Shown here one piece after another: positions 35,801 to 46,139 of a DNA stretch of 64,000 nt. Origin of the DNA: Monocercomonoides exilis PA203 (taxonomy: Eukaryota; Protista; Preaxostyla); assembly GCA_001643675.2 (NCBI GenBank), contig LSRY02000018.1, forward strand, positions 186,001 to 250,000, in the 5' to 3' direction. The translations under genes and the position numbers were made by a program. The number at the start of each line of letters is the position of its first letter. Position 1 is the first letter of the stretch. Under the pieces are notes generated by a model. That model had not been told where the DNA came from. It saw nothing but the letters and a program-made list of their open reading frames with translations, and made no database searches.

Positions 35801-38011
35801 TACCACAAACACACTCGGTGAAGAATCTCTTGTTGCGTTGTGATCAATTCCCACATGCCCCACCGCCAGCTGCCCGCTTGTCACACTGAACAGCGTTATC
35901 GAAGAGGAAGAAAGAGAATTCATCCCAATCAGACTTTCCTCTCTTCCTTTCCCCACAATCGAAATCTTCTTCTCTCCAACATTGTTTGTTTCCTTTTCGC
36001 TTTGATGTTTCCCATCCAGCACTGTGATTGAAGTGCTCAGCTGCGCTATGCTCGACTCCACTGCATGCCCCACTGTGAGGCAAGGAGCAGATTCATTCAT
36101 CCCACACATACTATTCGTGTCACTTCCACTCACCCCAACATACCGATCCTTCACTCCTTCTTTCAGCCAATCCTTCTTTTCAATGTGCTGATATATCCAC
36201 TTGTTTTCATTAAAATTGTATAAGTAACACACTCTCTTCTCATTTGTATTCGTTGTATACGATTCATGGAAAGGATTTTTCGATGAAAAGAGATTGCGTT
36301 TATCTGAAAAAATCACATCGTGGCCATATGGAGTGGTATTCGTACACATGCAATCGTGAAAGAAGAGAAAATAACAATAATGTTTGTCACTTGGAGCTGT
36401 TGATTGCTCAGTGCCCATGTTCAATCCTCCACCATATGACACTGCTGAGCACGAAATAAACTGGATGCTCCTCAATTTTAATTTAGCAGCATCAAATCTG
36501 CAATACATCCCTCCACCTAATCTATTTTCAAGCTCACATGAAATGAAACTGCAGTCAAACATACAAGCACTCTCCCCTCCTCCATTTTCTTCCCCAATAC
36601 ATCCTGCTCCCGAAACATTTGATTGGTCTAGAAGAAGCCCTCCTCCTGCTTGAAATGCTTTGCAATACAGGAATTCACATCCACTTATTCTGACGCATAA
36701 AGAAATATTATAAGCATATAATCCTCCTCCATAACATTTTTTGGTAGAACAAGATATGAATGAGTTGTTCTCAATTTTGATAGAATTGATAATACTGCAC
36801 ATTATTGCTCCCCCTTGGTAGTACGCAGTGCAGTAATTGAATGAGCAATGTGAAACAGAAAGCATTCCAGAATTGAGATTGTGCATGCAGATTGCCCCGC
36901 CACTTGATATTCCATCTGAAAAAGAATTATTTTCTCCTGTTGTCTTCGATCCATTCCATTCGCACCAAGTGAATGAGTTTGCACCATTATCTGTTGTATT
37001 CTGTCTCCCTGGAGTCAACTTTCCATCTGAAGTTCCTTCACATTTTGCATTTCTTGTTCGATAACATCCAATGAATGAAGTGTTTGAAGCTGTCAAGGAA
37101 GCCAAGGGGTTGTTCAAAGAGAGAACAATCCCTCCATAATAAACATCGCAAACCGATGAGAATGAGCAGCTGCTCATCAGACATGATGTTTGGAATAAGG
37201 AAGTGGATGAAGATGAACATTCTGAAGTCGCTGTTGAAATGTTGAAAAATGAGAGATGCGAGAGTGAAACAAGAGGAATAGAAGGTGATGAGAGAAACGG
37301 TGCTGAGGAAACATAAAAAGAAGAGAAATGAGTAGAACTCACGGAAACAACACATTTCCCAGAATATTTCCCTTCCAAGGCTTTTGAAGAAAACAGAGAA
37401 GGAAATGTCTGCAAAAATGTGGTTGAAGATGATCTGAGTGAAATGTTGGTGAACAGCCCACAACTTCCACTCAAGCAAAACGGAGATGTTTCACCCAATG
37501 GAACGATTTCGCAATCATTCAATTCAACATGGCTCCCATGTCCTGCTTTGATAACATTTTCCCCATCATTTTGCCTCAGCCCCAATGATTTGAGCTTCAT
37601 CGATGAATTATGAAGAATCAAACATCCTTCAACCTCACCCTCTCCAAAATATCTTCCTTTTTTCCACATTTTGTACTCTTCACAAAATTTTGAATAATTC
37701 ATTTTCTCATCTGGATTTTCTTCTTCTATTCTGCTTTGCCTTTTATTCAGCATTTTTACGCAATTATTCATCATTTTAGCCTGTTTTTCAGCCCCTTTCT
37801 TACAATCTTCATTTCCTTCTGCAAACACTTCACACATATAATGTCCATCAATTGTTTCATTTTGGAGCATATCTTCCCAAGGGTTCTTGAGGCAATAAAT
37901 AATTTGTTCATTCATTGATTTCTCTGCTTGCTCTGCCTCAGCACTTGTGGCACCAATGCACAGAAACTGCACACATATTATGCCAATAAGCCAACATATT
38001 AATGACAGCAT
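29849..38011 (-). CDS. Giant single-pass receptor-like protein: pectin-lyase/Pmp-like beta-helix ectodomain, TM, and C-terminal degenerate TKL-type kinase domain (~2720 aa)
   Basis: ATG at 38011 (MLSLICWLIGIIC signal). Many GG(A/G)(I/L/V) and F..C repeats and CG....PC motifs. TM FWPIIVIVCVVIVVFLLVIVVILVV. Kinase C-lobe motifs RWKAPEL, VFSMGMILWECL..EIPF and RP. Confidence 0.85.
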   Translation of the reverse strand: MLSLICWLIGIICVQFLCIGATSAEAEQAEKSMNEQIIYCLKNPWEDMLQNETIDGHYMCEVFAEGNEDCKKGAEKQAKMMNNCVKMLNKRQSRIEEENPDEKMNYSKFCEEYKMWKKGRYFGEGEVEGCLILHNSSMKLKSLGLRQNDGENVIKAGHGSHVELNDCEIVPLGETSPFCLSGSCGLFTNISLRSSSTTFLQTFPSLFSSKALEGKYSGKCVVSVSSTHFSSFYVSSAPFLSSPSIPLVSLSHLSFFNISTATSECSSSSTSLFQTSCLMSSCSFSSVCDVYYGGIVLSLNNPLASLTASNTSFIGCYRTRNAKCEGTSDGKLTPGRQNTTDNGANSFTWCEWNGSKTTGENNSFSDGISSGGAICMHNLNSGMLSVSHCSFNYCTAYYQGGAIMCSIINSIKIENNSFISCSTKKCYGGGLYAYNISLCVRISGCEFLYCKAFQAGGGLLLDQSNVSGAGCIGEENGGGESACMFDCSFISCELENRLGGGMYCRFDAAKLKLRSIQFISCSAVSYGGGLNMGTEQSTAPSDKHYCYFLFFHDCMCTNTTPYGHDVIFSDKRNLFSSKNPFHESYTTNTNEKRVCYLYNFNENKWIYQHIEKKDWLKEGVKDRYVGVSGSDTNSMCGMNESAPCLTVGHAVESSIAQLSTSITVLDGKHQSEKETNNVGEKKISIVGKGREESLIGMNSLSSSSITLFSVTSGQLAVGHVGIDHNATRDSSPSVFVVSDGSGLLSLEDVLIFSSVNGEREISASIFVIALSQLRMSDVEIKNMKMSQPLFEEPSTEESVQGESMLANMTIRNVNRTTEGDGVVMAKSVKGGETFVVWNTTIEECECVNGNGGGIKVELSSSASKVLIGDSISHSGGTTSFNQCKCRGYGGGVKLNLADDSFDFEITTASFDGCAATLGGKNVFVEAQDLSAVINSTSIGFNPEVGINVADLSELCGRERGKAELIVPLVVFFRAFSSPVYVSGREQGSEFRLCGYEDYPCRGIGNVGEVQFPSSERMIRLTSTFSFDEEVKLNEESYEIDSCDKDVGLKVGGTGTKTQEALVMNSVSSILTGILFELGGSIGERSSFIHSSGGTLRFADCGMKMGSGVDSANYSFVSASGGKVEIVEMSCGGSVGEVRFVGSVIVVNGSCECLMDEVIVNQTGTDGANGLIEIATSSSATIQNCSITNCDLPSCGAIHVEKCSTITLKNTSFENITRGKGDGGSLCVRSNDDGTKDTIRVENCTFTSSKLSENGKGGGGLSVSLDNPSELYVSSTRFEKCCASSTSGSEGKGGGMMLSVADGDAKFELSVNLIFERNEAEYGKNMFILANDLNTSVTNDSFKFNYLTMKDDKTLFVGRDSNHSNLDLFMFLIPYSSFEIFISSEGFDVARCGSEKEPCFTMWKGMENMKKEIGNKTIQIEGSTIIRDSFNMSNHQIKKSVKIGEENEKAILNFEQAIGGQLEYFMVNDIHLELSNIQLQLASGFDNSAKTIISNKGGDLVITRCSFHSEAGVNNGFDCVFVDVVGGSVEVNDLSMESCNVGNSIFAIHDAGITCQLKNIRVESLNESGGCLLLIKGSELTTKINEGGVEMSLNIDNSSFSGVKRSDNGPSILESKSENKICLVVNSSNITEDKAETSEKGGAIFFTLGTSGSMKMIESTISHCSCTNGKGGGVYLATKEKGELNFTFVGMKFSANTAKVGKDIFIECFNISSQINENQFQFDLREGYYTRGNAIYGIDSCDFPRDTDLIGLVTIHQSDTIVVSSVNGSNERQCGTNTLPCYSIDYGLIHLTSDFMSVMIIVGESVIGGELYLKEMSLSSKNREMCKVEVKSEIERAKEALISTRETVSLVRVNFMFDLNFISSHESLISPEGGILEILNCSFSTKQLKEGVNAEFTSIQFHIINVRKGELQLMECSISNLILHESAIHLSSTSPSIIDSLSICNSTIETSLIDIKECGQLTIEDFNTENISVEGNEESLISSLSMKKTIQLTNCTMGKVSSKTIKGKLMKLENCTNVKMDSCIFNGSSKERNEQYLNSGEEMCRWEGSLVDVVKGSVMMKDTTITNSPEGGITMSGGNVNIEKGEFLNNNPSIEGYPSLRRNIICSDSASLTISSLKGGDGLERNTSLWILNEGCSFEGIVSERDSSFFIPVLESVEAKEEADRMKLTFKGMLLVPCNLSFSVVKRKGEEKEIEKHDFDSYGFLSEREVDGSVAKDQISSCGNEIEISVYILFGNAESPSSTHSFILKNASDLKANGDERIVEGGKEGKSFWPIIVIVCVVIVVFLLVIVVILVVRWRKQKRRTKELEEIVNDNIKKDPKLIEMMTMEMTPEEQWRRAEREAETKKEEKAKKRVYEKNMVHSESSEYLLSESGSTEYILGMDSEKIPEWMLEKVDDEEEDDVSMKRTPLRSISSTSATTTTDTDTTFVRTESLCPTTSSMSNLVDAMACSSPHEKLIVDLRDSLFMLLHGRNEKKEMAIGSLKEREQTAAQILFWVANGALHSFDEMENPLQSLDNLSPHIVLFSEHMVISIALHSDCSSSDDSDSSSISSTSTIVTSSSDISLMSERFVKSPPPSSAFEDYAENRKECMRWKAPELMVNKSLGATKESVVFSMGMILWECLRLEIPFGEYEAGVAGEKIVNGERPGLEGEECCAFFELLKGSMARGRNDRPRLEEMKREFVGHFPKDALIMTLTDAIRIERGLSGSSSGEEKDGNENGC

Positions 38012-38873
38012 GGGGATCAATCCACACGAAGAAGGCGCTTTCTTTTTTTTCTTCGTTTTTGCTTTATTAGTATGGGTACATATCAACAAAAAAAAATTGA
38101 ATTCATTTTTCTATTTTTTTTGTTCTTGGAGATATTGTATTCGCTATTTATTTTTTTATTATTAACTGTGATAGGTTTTTGATGTGTTTCAATATCTTGT
38201 TTGTTCGATCCTGAGAAAAATAAAAAATGAATTGTAAGAAATAAATGATATTTTTATATTTTTGTTTTTTCATTGAGAAATGTGATGAAATTCAGCTGAG
38301 ACGCAATTGAATTTTTTTAAATAGCGTATGACCAGGATGAACATATTTCTTTCAAAGCAACTGTTCGAAATTCATTTTAATTATATAACTTACATTTATC
38401 CAGTGAAGAGAAGAGATCCGAGCGATGAAAATATTGCTTCTCTTTCACACATATTTTTTCCTTGTGTTTGTTTGTCTTTTTTGAAGTTCTTTATTGCAAT
38501 CATCAGATCCATTGAGTATTTTATGAAATTAATATTTTTTTTATTTTCATTTTGGATGATATGGACATTATAATTCAAAGAAATGGAGTTTGTGCATTCT
38601 TTTAATTAATGGAGTGGCACGGGTTATTTTGTTACTGTTTTGATTTATTTTGTGTATTTGTCTGAAAGAGACACAACTTTTATCGTTTGAGAGTTTTCAA
38701 ATGGATGAAATGGCCAAAAAAGAGAGACTTTTTGGAAAAGGCTTTGACATTTCAGTTAGGGATATTTTTTCATTGAATATGTGTTTATCGTTTGTTTGAT
38801 TTGAATATTTCATCTTTTTGATTTTTTTCAATGGTGATTTCACAATCTAATTTTATCTTTATATTCTTTTCAG

Positions 38874-41800
38874 GTTCGATGGAAGTTCAAAGGCAAATGC
38901 CTAAAGTTTTAAATTTATATTGACAGAATTCTTTTATGTTGAAGATTATTTCAAGTTGGGAAGAAAGGCAAAGAATAATTGAAGAACAGAAAAAGACTTT
39001 CGAAGAAAAGAGATTATGATGAGCCTTGGAAAACATAATGTGAAAATAACACGCAAAAGGGCAGAATCAGATGGAAGGACAATTATTCATTTCATGCTGA
39101 TCTTAAGGACTGAATTGAATGGTTGAGACAATTCTGAGTGGGAATGGAATTGATGCTGATGATGATTGAAGAAGGCAATATGCAGCAACATTGCTTGGAA
39201 GTGAAGAGATGGATAAGAGGAGGAAAAAGATCGATTTGGATGAGAAAGAAGGAATCGAAGAAAAAGTGAAGATTCGTGTAAGTTTGTTGATTTGTGAATG
39301 CGACAAAGTTCAGCTGGAAACGAAAAGAGAAAATCATTGCTCTTGAAATATTTCTTCTTCAAACATCATCAGACTTTTCTCATGAAATCTTCATCAATTT
39401 GAACAACATGGAAGGAAAAGCCTCAAACACCTCTTCTTCTTCATATTCAACAGAATGCAGAAAACAACAGGAACCATTCAATCATCCTTCAGTGCACTTT
39501 GGATACCCTCCATTTTACCCATTTCTTTTCCCTCCTCAGTTTTTGCCTTCACCTCAGCAGCAGCAGCAGACACAGTAGAAGGAGTCGAAGAAGACACAGA
39601 AATCAACAAACATTGAAGAAAAAGAAGAAGGAGAAGGAGAAGAAGGAAGGAATTCGCTGAATGGAAAAGGAAGAGCCACATGTGATTTGTTGGGACAAGA
39701 GCACATTTCGAAGCAGCAGAAGAATCCAAAAGATAGGAAAGTTGACAATTCCAAAAAGGATGGGATGAAACAGACAAGAAGGAAAGCCAATATCGAAGAT
39801 GAATTGGTTGCTGAGCTGAATGATGATCCAACAGAAGAAGATGAAGAAGAAAATGATGAAGGGGAGGAGAAGAGAAAGAGAAAGAGATTGAGAAGTTTTT
39901 TCCTTGTGAAAATGAGGAAGAAACTCAAGATGAAAATGAAATGCAGCTTGAGACATCAGAAAACAAGGAAGAATTTCGAGGGGAAGATGAAACAGACAAA
40001 ACAAAAGATGAAGAAGAATTTCATGAGGCAGAACAAAAGTCAACAGAAAAGAAGAAGACAATTCTGTTTGGGTTTGACAGCCAGTCTGGAGAAAGGATGG
40101 CATTTGATGACAGACTGGAAGAGGATAGAAGATGGAAAGAGGAGAAAGACACGAGTGAAGCAACAGACTTTTCACAGAAACAACAGAGGCAGGGAGATTT
40201 CGATGAAAAGAGGCAGATTCCTCAACATTCCAACAAATTTGAATCCAAAAAGAGGCAAAATGCACCTGAAGACAGAGCCTATGGCAGAAACTCTGTGTTT
40301 TTGACATCGTATTCGCGACTTGCCTCAGCTTCGTCTGGTCTTGCCATTCCATCGGCATCTGAGAATGGCAGAGGAAAAGAAGGAAAAGAAGGAAAAGAAG
40401 GAAAAGAAGGGAGAAGAACAGATAGTCAGGACAATAGGGATTGTATCAATCATTTATCATCAACATCTTCTTCTTCTTCTTCTTCTTCTCTCCAATCTCC
40501 CCATCTGCACAAAACACACGCCTCCCCTCGCTCTTCGTTGCATTCAGTTGAAGACCCAGTTTTATCGATGACACTGCCTTCGCATTCAGGAAGTGAGCTT
40601 CTTCGTATGAAAGAGAAGCAACAACAAACAGCTGGATCTTCCTCCACTTCTTCCTCTTCCTCTCCTTCTTCTTTTAACAATTCTTCCATTTCGCCTCTCG
40701 AAGAAGATGCCTTTTTCAGAGCAGTCAAGCATCATTCTCCTCCAGCTGATCTTTTCTTTCACTCACAAAGAGAGAAAGAGATCATTTCATCATCATCATC
40801 ACTTTCTTCTTCTTCTTCTTCTTTGGAACATCCACAGCTTCCTCGGAGATCAGCCCAATTCATTTCATCGGGTGTTGCACTTGATCCTTCTGCACATCCA
40901 AACATGTTTGCGTCTTCTCCCATTGCTTCTCTGCTGTCTTCCTCGACAAAAACACAGCAAAAAGTCAATCTTTTTCCAGAAGACGACATTTCGACTCTTC
41001 TTGAAGATGGCCTTCCATCCAGATCGAATGCTGTTGGCTCGACTGATATTTCTGATGGAGTGAGCACGTTTTCTGCTTCTGCCAAAGATGACAACAATCC
41101 TTCATCATTATCTTCTTCTTCCTCCTCTTCCTTCGTGAATACGCATTCATTCATTCAGTACAGCCAAAGCACAGCTGAGCAGAGTGTTGCACAGGCACAG
41201 CAGACAGATGTGTTGGAAGACGGATGAATGCCTCTGAGCGAAAGTGCAGTGATTGGGATGGAGAAAGAGAGAATGAATGGTATTTCACATGAAACTGATG
41301 AAAAGGAAGAAGAAGAAGGTGATGATGATGATATTGTGCATGAGCATGCACTTGGCAGCTCTGTGGAGTTTTGTGGTTCTTCGTCACTGGCAGCACCAGG
41401 AGCCTATTTTGGCTCGCCTCTGAAAACACAATCGGGTTCAGTAACGAGTTCAGCGATGAGGAAGCACACAGGATGGAATGAGAGAGGAGGGGTGTGTGGA
41501 GGCTGGGAAAGGGCAGAGACAAAAGGGGAGAAAGATTTTTTGCTGATTTCAGGAAAGGCGAAGTTCAAAAACTCGACGAGGATTGGGAGGGAAAGAGAGA
41601 AAGAGCAAATGAATTTGAGCAGCCGAAAGAGGAACACGAAAACCAAAAGCAAAGAAAGAAGCCTCAAGAAAAAGACAAGATCTCCTTCACAGACAAAACA
41701 GGTTATTCTTTTGTTTATTTCTTTCTTTCATTCTTTCCCTCTCTCTCTCTCTTTCAATTTTCTTTTTCTTTTTCATTTTTTTTTGAACATTTGCTTTTGA

Positions 41801-42200
41801 ATGACAATTTTGAATGTGTTGAAATATGTATTTGTTTATATTTCCATTCATTTTTCGAATTATTTTCATTTTCAATGCTGTGCTTATTGTTTTGTGTGTT
41901 TTGTGCTCATTTGAAAGCAGAAGCAGTCTGTCTTGTTGGGTGCCTCTTTGGCGAGTGAAAAAGAGAAGCAAGAGCGCAAAATGGCGATTCTGCAGAAGAT
42001 CTTGCAGCGAGCTTCTGAAGAGCAGGAAGGCAACGAGACTTAGCCATCCAGCTTGAACTGTTCACAGTTGGGTGTTCATGAAAGGGTTTTTGAAGTGATT
42101 GATTTGTCTGTCTGTTTGCTTTGTTTTTCAGTTGCCAAGCGATTTCCAACATCGTTTGAAGAAAGAATTGGATTCAACAAAACAACTGCCACACTCAAGC
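38874..42200 (+). CDS. Hypothetical multi-exon E/S-rich protein (exon structure uncertain)
   Basis: 428-aa ORF 39941-41227 plus flanking purine-rich ORFs; GTAAGT donor near 39277; AT-rich intron-like gap ~41702-41920. Confidence 0.35.
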
Positions 42201-43429
42201 AAAGTCAGTTCATTTCTTTGATTTATTTTCTTCCTTCTTCTTTCTTCGTTCGTCTTTTTCTTTTTCTTTTTTTCCAAAACTGCCACTTCAATTGACTCTT
42301 TTCTTTCAAAATTCAGTTCGTTCTCAGTCGCATCTTCTGATCCTATTTGAACAAGTCTTGTGGTGAGAAATATCCAAGTCAATTGTTTTATTGGGATGCA
42401 GATGGGACGTTCTGAATGAAAGTCTTTTGATGTTGATATGTCATATAAGAATCGATTTTCCATTTCATTTTCAAAGATCATTTTTGAAATGAGAAAAATC
42501 AATGTTCTCAGTGAAATCAATGAAGTCAAATAAGCAAGTATTGCACTCATCACTTCCGCTGGGCAAGAACAAATTCTTTTTGTCCATTTCATTTTTTTTT
42601 TAGAAAACTTCCAAATGGCAAAAAAAGCAAATTGAAATCACATTCATTTTGAAAACAATCACAAAACCCATTCAGTTGATTTTCTATTCTTTTTCTTTTT
42701 CAATCACCTTTTTTGTTTGTGGCATTTCAAATAAGTTATTGTGAAATACCTTGCAATTCCATTTCTTGAATGTTTTCTGTGCTTCAAAACTTTTGCATTA
42801 TCTTCAAACAAATGTTTCTTCTTCTATTTTTTCAATTTTAATATATCTTTATGAAAAATAGAAAACAATTGAATTTTTTTGTATGATTGTTTTTATTCTT
42901 TTCTCATTTTTGAAGAATGTTCACAAACACCTTTTGATTTCGCAATAACATTTTATTCCATATACATTGAGAAAGGCAAACTCATTAAAGAAATAAAAGT
43001 GTGTGTTCGTTTTTGAAGAATATGTTTTTCATTCTTGAAATTCTTCGAATTTCTTTTCAATTAGTAAAAAGAAGTTTCAAATGGAACAATCTTTTCATTC
43101 AATAACAATGAATTATTTTTCGTGTGATTTTATGAATAAAAAAGATAACGATATTGGTTGAAAAATATTCAACACAAAAAATTTATCTGAAATTTTTCTT
43201 CTCATGAAAAGAAAATATGGTTTGAAACAAAACACCCATAACAAAAATTGTTTGTTCTCGATTCAAAATCAGTTATTTCTTTCAATATTGCAACAACGTG
43301 TGACTATTTGTCATTTCTTTTTTTATTCACATTTGTTATTTTATTTGCGACATATTTTTCATTCATTGAACTTTGGGAAATGTTCTCATCACCAAAAAAA
43401 ATGTGTTTTCCTTTTCGAAGACAATCACC

Positions 43430-44708
43430 ATGTCCTTCACCTTCTTCCTCAGTTCAGCGTGTTGATTTTTGACGGGAGGGGACAAGGAAACTGAGGAAAC
43501 TTCGTATGAATTGTGCAAATCATTTGAGGAAATGCATTTGAAAGATGAATTGCTTTGCGGAGTTTATTCATATGGCTTTGAGACTCCATCACTTATTCAG
43601 CAAAAAGCAATCCTTCCAATTGTTAGAGGGTGTGATCTTCTTGCTCAAGCCCAATCTGGAACAGGAAAAAGAAGCGCTTTCTCAATTGCTTGCTTGCAGA
43701 AAGTGGATCCTTCTTACCACTTCACACAAGCGTTGATTCTTTTTCCGTTTCGTGAACTTGCAATGCAAACGCACAACGTTTGTTTTTTTCAAATGAATTT
43801 TTTTATGATATTAAAACATGTTTTTAAAGGTCATTTCAAAAATAGCGAGATTCATGAAAGGACTCAACATTTTGAGAGTTGTTGAAGGAGAAGCCATCAG
43901 TGAAACATCAAGGAAAGTTGCCGAAGCACCTCAACACATAATTGTTGGAACGCCTTGGAGAGTGGTACATATGATTCGTTCTGAAATCATTGATATTTCT
44001 CATCTGAGAATATTTGTGCTCGACGAAGCTGACGAAATGCTTTCTCAAGGGTTTAAGGATAAGATTGTTGAAATCAACTCAAATTTGCCGAAAAATACAC
44101 AAACAGTTCTTTTGAGTGCAACAATGCCCCAAGAAATCATTGAGATTACACGCCAGATTCTGAACGATCCTGTTCAAATTTTGGTTCCTGGTGATGAGCT
44201 CACACTTGACGGGCTGCGCCAATTCTATGTGGCTGTTGAAAAAGAAGAATTCAAAGAGGAAGCACTGTTCGACCTTTTCGATTCGGTCCAGGTCGCACAA
44301 TGTGTCATCTTCTGCAACTCCAGGCGCAAAGTGGACTATATCACCAAAGATCTTCGGAGCAGAAAGTTCACAGTCAGTTCCTTTCATGGTGGAATGGAGC
44401 AAGAAGACAGAAACCGTATTCTGCAAGATTTCAGAGATGGGAAAAACAGAGTGCTTGTAACAACCGATTTGTTGTCATGTAGCATTGATGTTCAACAGAT
44501 TTCGCTTGTTGTGAACTATGACTTGCCAATGGAGAAAGAGTCATATATTCGAAGAGTTGAAAGATCAGTTCGTTTTGGAAAAAAAGGATTTGTCATCAAT
44601 CTGGTCACAGAAGAAGATGTGCAGATGCTGAAAGACATTCAGGAATTCTATGGAATGAAAATTGAGGAAATGCCAGCAAATATCAAAGAACTGCTGCAGC
44701 TGAAATAA
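43430..44708 (+). CDS. eIF4A: eIF4A-like DEAD-box helicase, divergent paralog or pseudogene
   Basis: Q motif ([13 protein letters not shown]), [51 protein letters not shown]. Phase-0 intron 43778-43829; stop at 44708. The ATG at 43430 is out of frame. Confidence 0.85.
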
Positions 44709-46139
44709 AAGAGAAAATGGTGAGAGAAAGAAGGAAAGGGAAATCTCAGATTTCTGAAAGAAAAAAATGAGAAAAGAAAAAGATGAAGAAATGATGGAGA
44801 TGAGAATGAATAAAAGGCAAATAAGCAAATGAGTATTGATAGAAGAGAGAAAAATCACATGAAGAAAAGATGAAGAATTGTTGAGGAAATTGTTTTGTTT
44901 GCTTGATACTTGTTGGATATTGGATGAATGTTTCATTCAAATATAACGAAAATGGAAATAGTCATCTGAAAAGAAAAAGAAAGAAATAAAAACCATCAGA
45001 TTGCTTACTCCTTCTCTTATTCTTTCTTCAACACAACTTTCAAAAGACAAGAATCACAAACTGGAAATCGGTTTGTTGAAGAAAAACTTTCGTCAATACA
45101 AAGATAGCATTCACAAATCCCAATAAGCAACTTTTCATTCTCATCTTCGGTTTTCAAACAACTTCTTCATCAGTTGCCATCATTTCAATTTTTGATGTCA
45201 ATAAAGAAGATGAATGACGAAAATTTAGAAGATTATTCAACAAATTGCATCAGCAAATGGAACTCAACAGTTGTTTCTCATTTTCAAGAGTGATTTTCAC
45301 ATCTCACCTGATTTCATCTTTTTCATTTCAGAATATCCAATTTATTGGTTTCATATTTGATGGCAGGACAATATTTCTTCTTTGAAAATACCAACGTTTC
45401 AAAAACATAAAATGCTTTCTCTTGCTTTTTTCAAATCCATGAGTCATTTCAAAAGATAGGCATCCGATAAAGCATTTTCTGTGTTTCATTCATAAATGTG
45501 AATCATCTTCAAACAGAGGTGGAAAGTGATGGAATTCCAAATGAAAAGAAATCAAAAACATGAAAGCAACCAACAGAGAAAAATTCAATGAAAAAGAAAA
45601 AAATAAAACTGAACTATTCCTAAAGGTTACTCTTTCTTTCTCTTTCTCTCACTCTTTTCTGCTGTTCCCATTGTTCAACAAAGTTTCAGCGATAGAGCGA
45701 TACAAATGATTATTATTATTATTAAAGCTTATTTAGACTTTCACTATTTCGTTTTGATTTTATTTCTAAACTTGTCTGTGATGTTTATTTTCTTATTTTG
45801 TTTTTCATGTAGAAAAAAAAACCTTTTCATGTAGTTATAACGTGACAGAATACTGTTTATTAATATTTTTCCATTTCTTTTGCAAATGATATTTTGTATA
45901 TAGGTGGAATAACGTTTTCAAAAAATGAAACAGCGATTTCACCCACATTTTATTTTGATGAGAACATAATAAAGTTTTTGACAGAAATAAAAGTTTATCT
46001 GCTTTGGGGTGCAGAAACTTTAAGCGTTGAAAATTTGTTGCATGCTTAAATGGAATAAAGATTTTAGAGCAGGTTAGAAACAATGTTAGTTTTCATTGAT
46101 TTTTGAATTATTTTTTTATTTAATTATTTTGTTTTGCAG

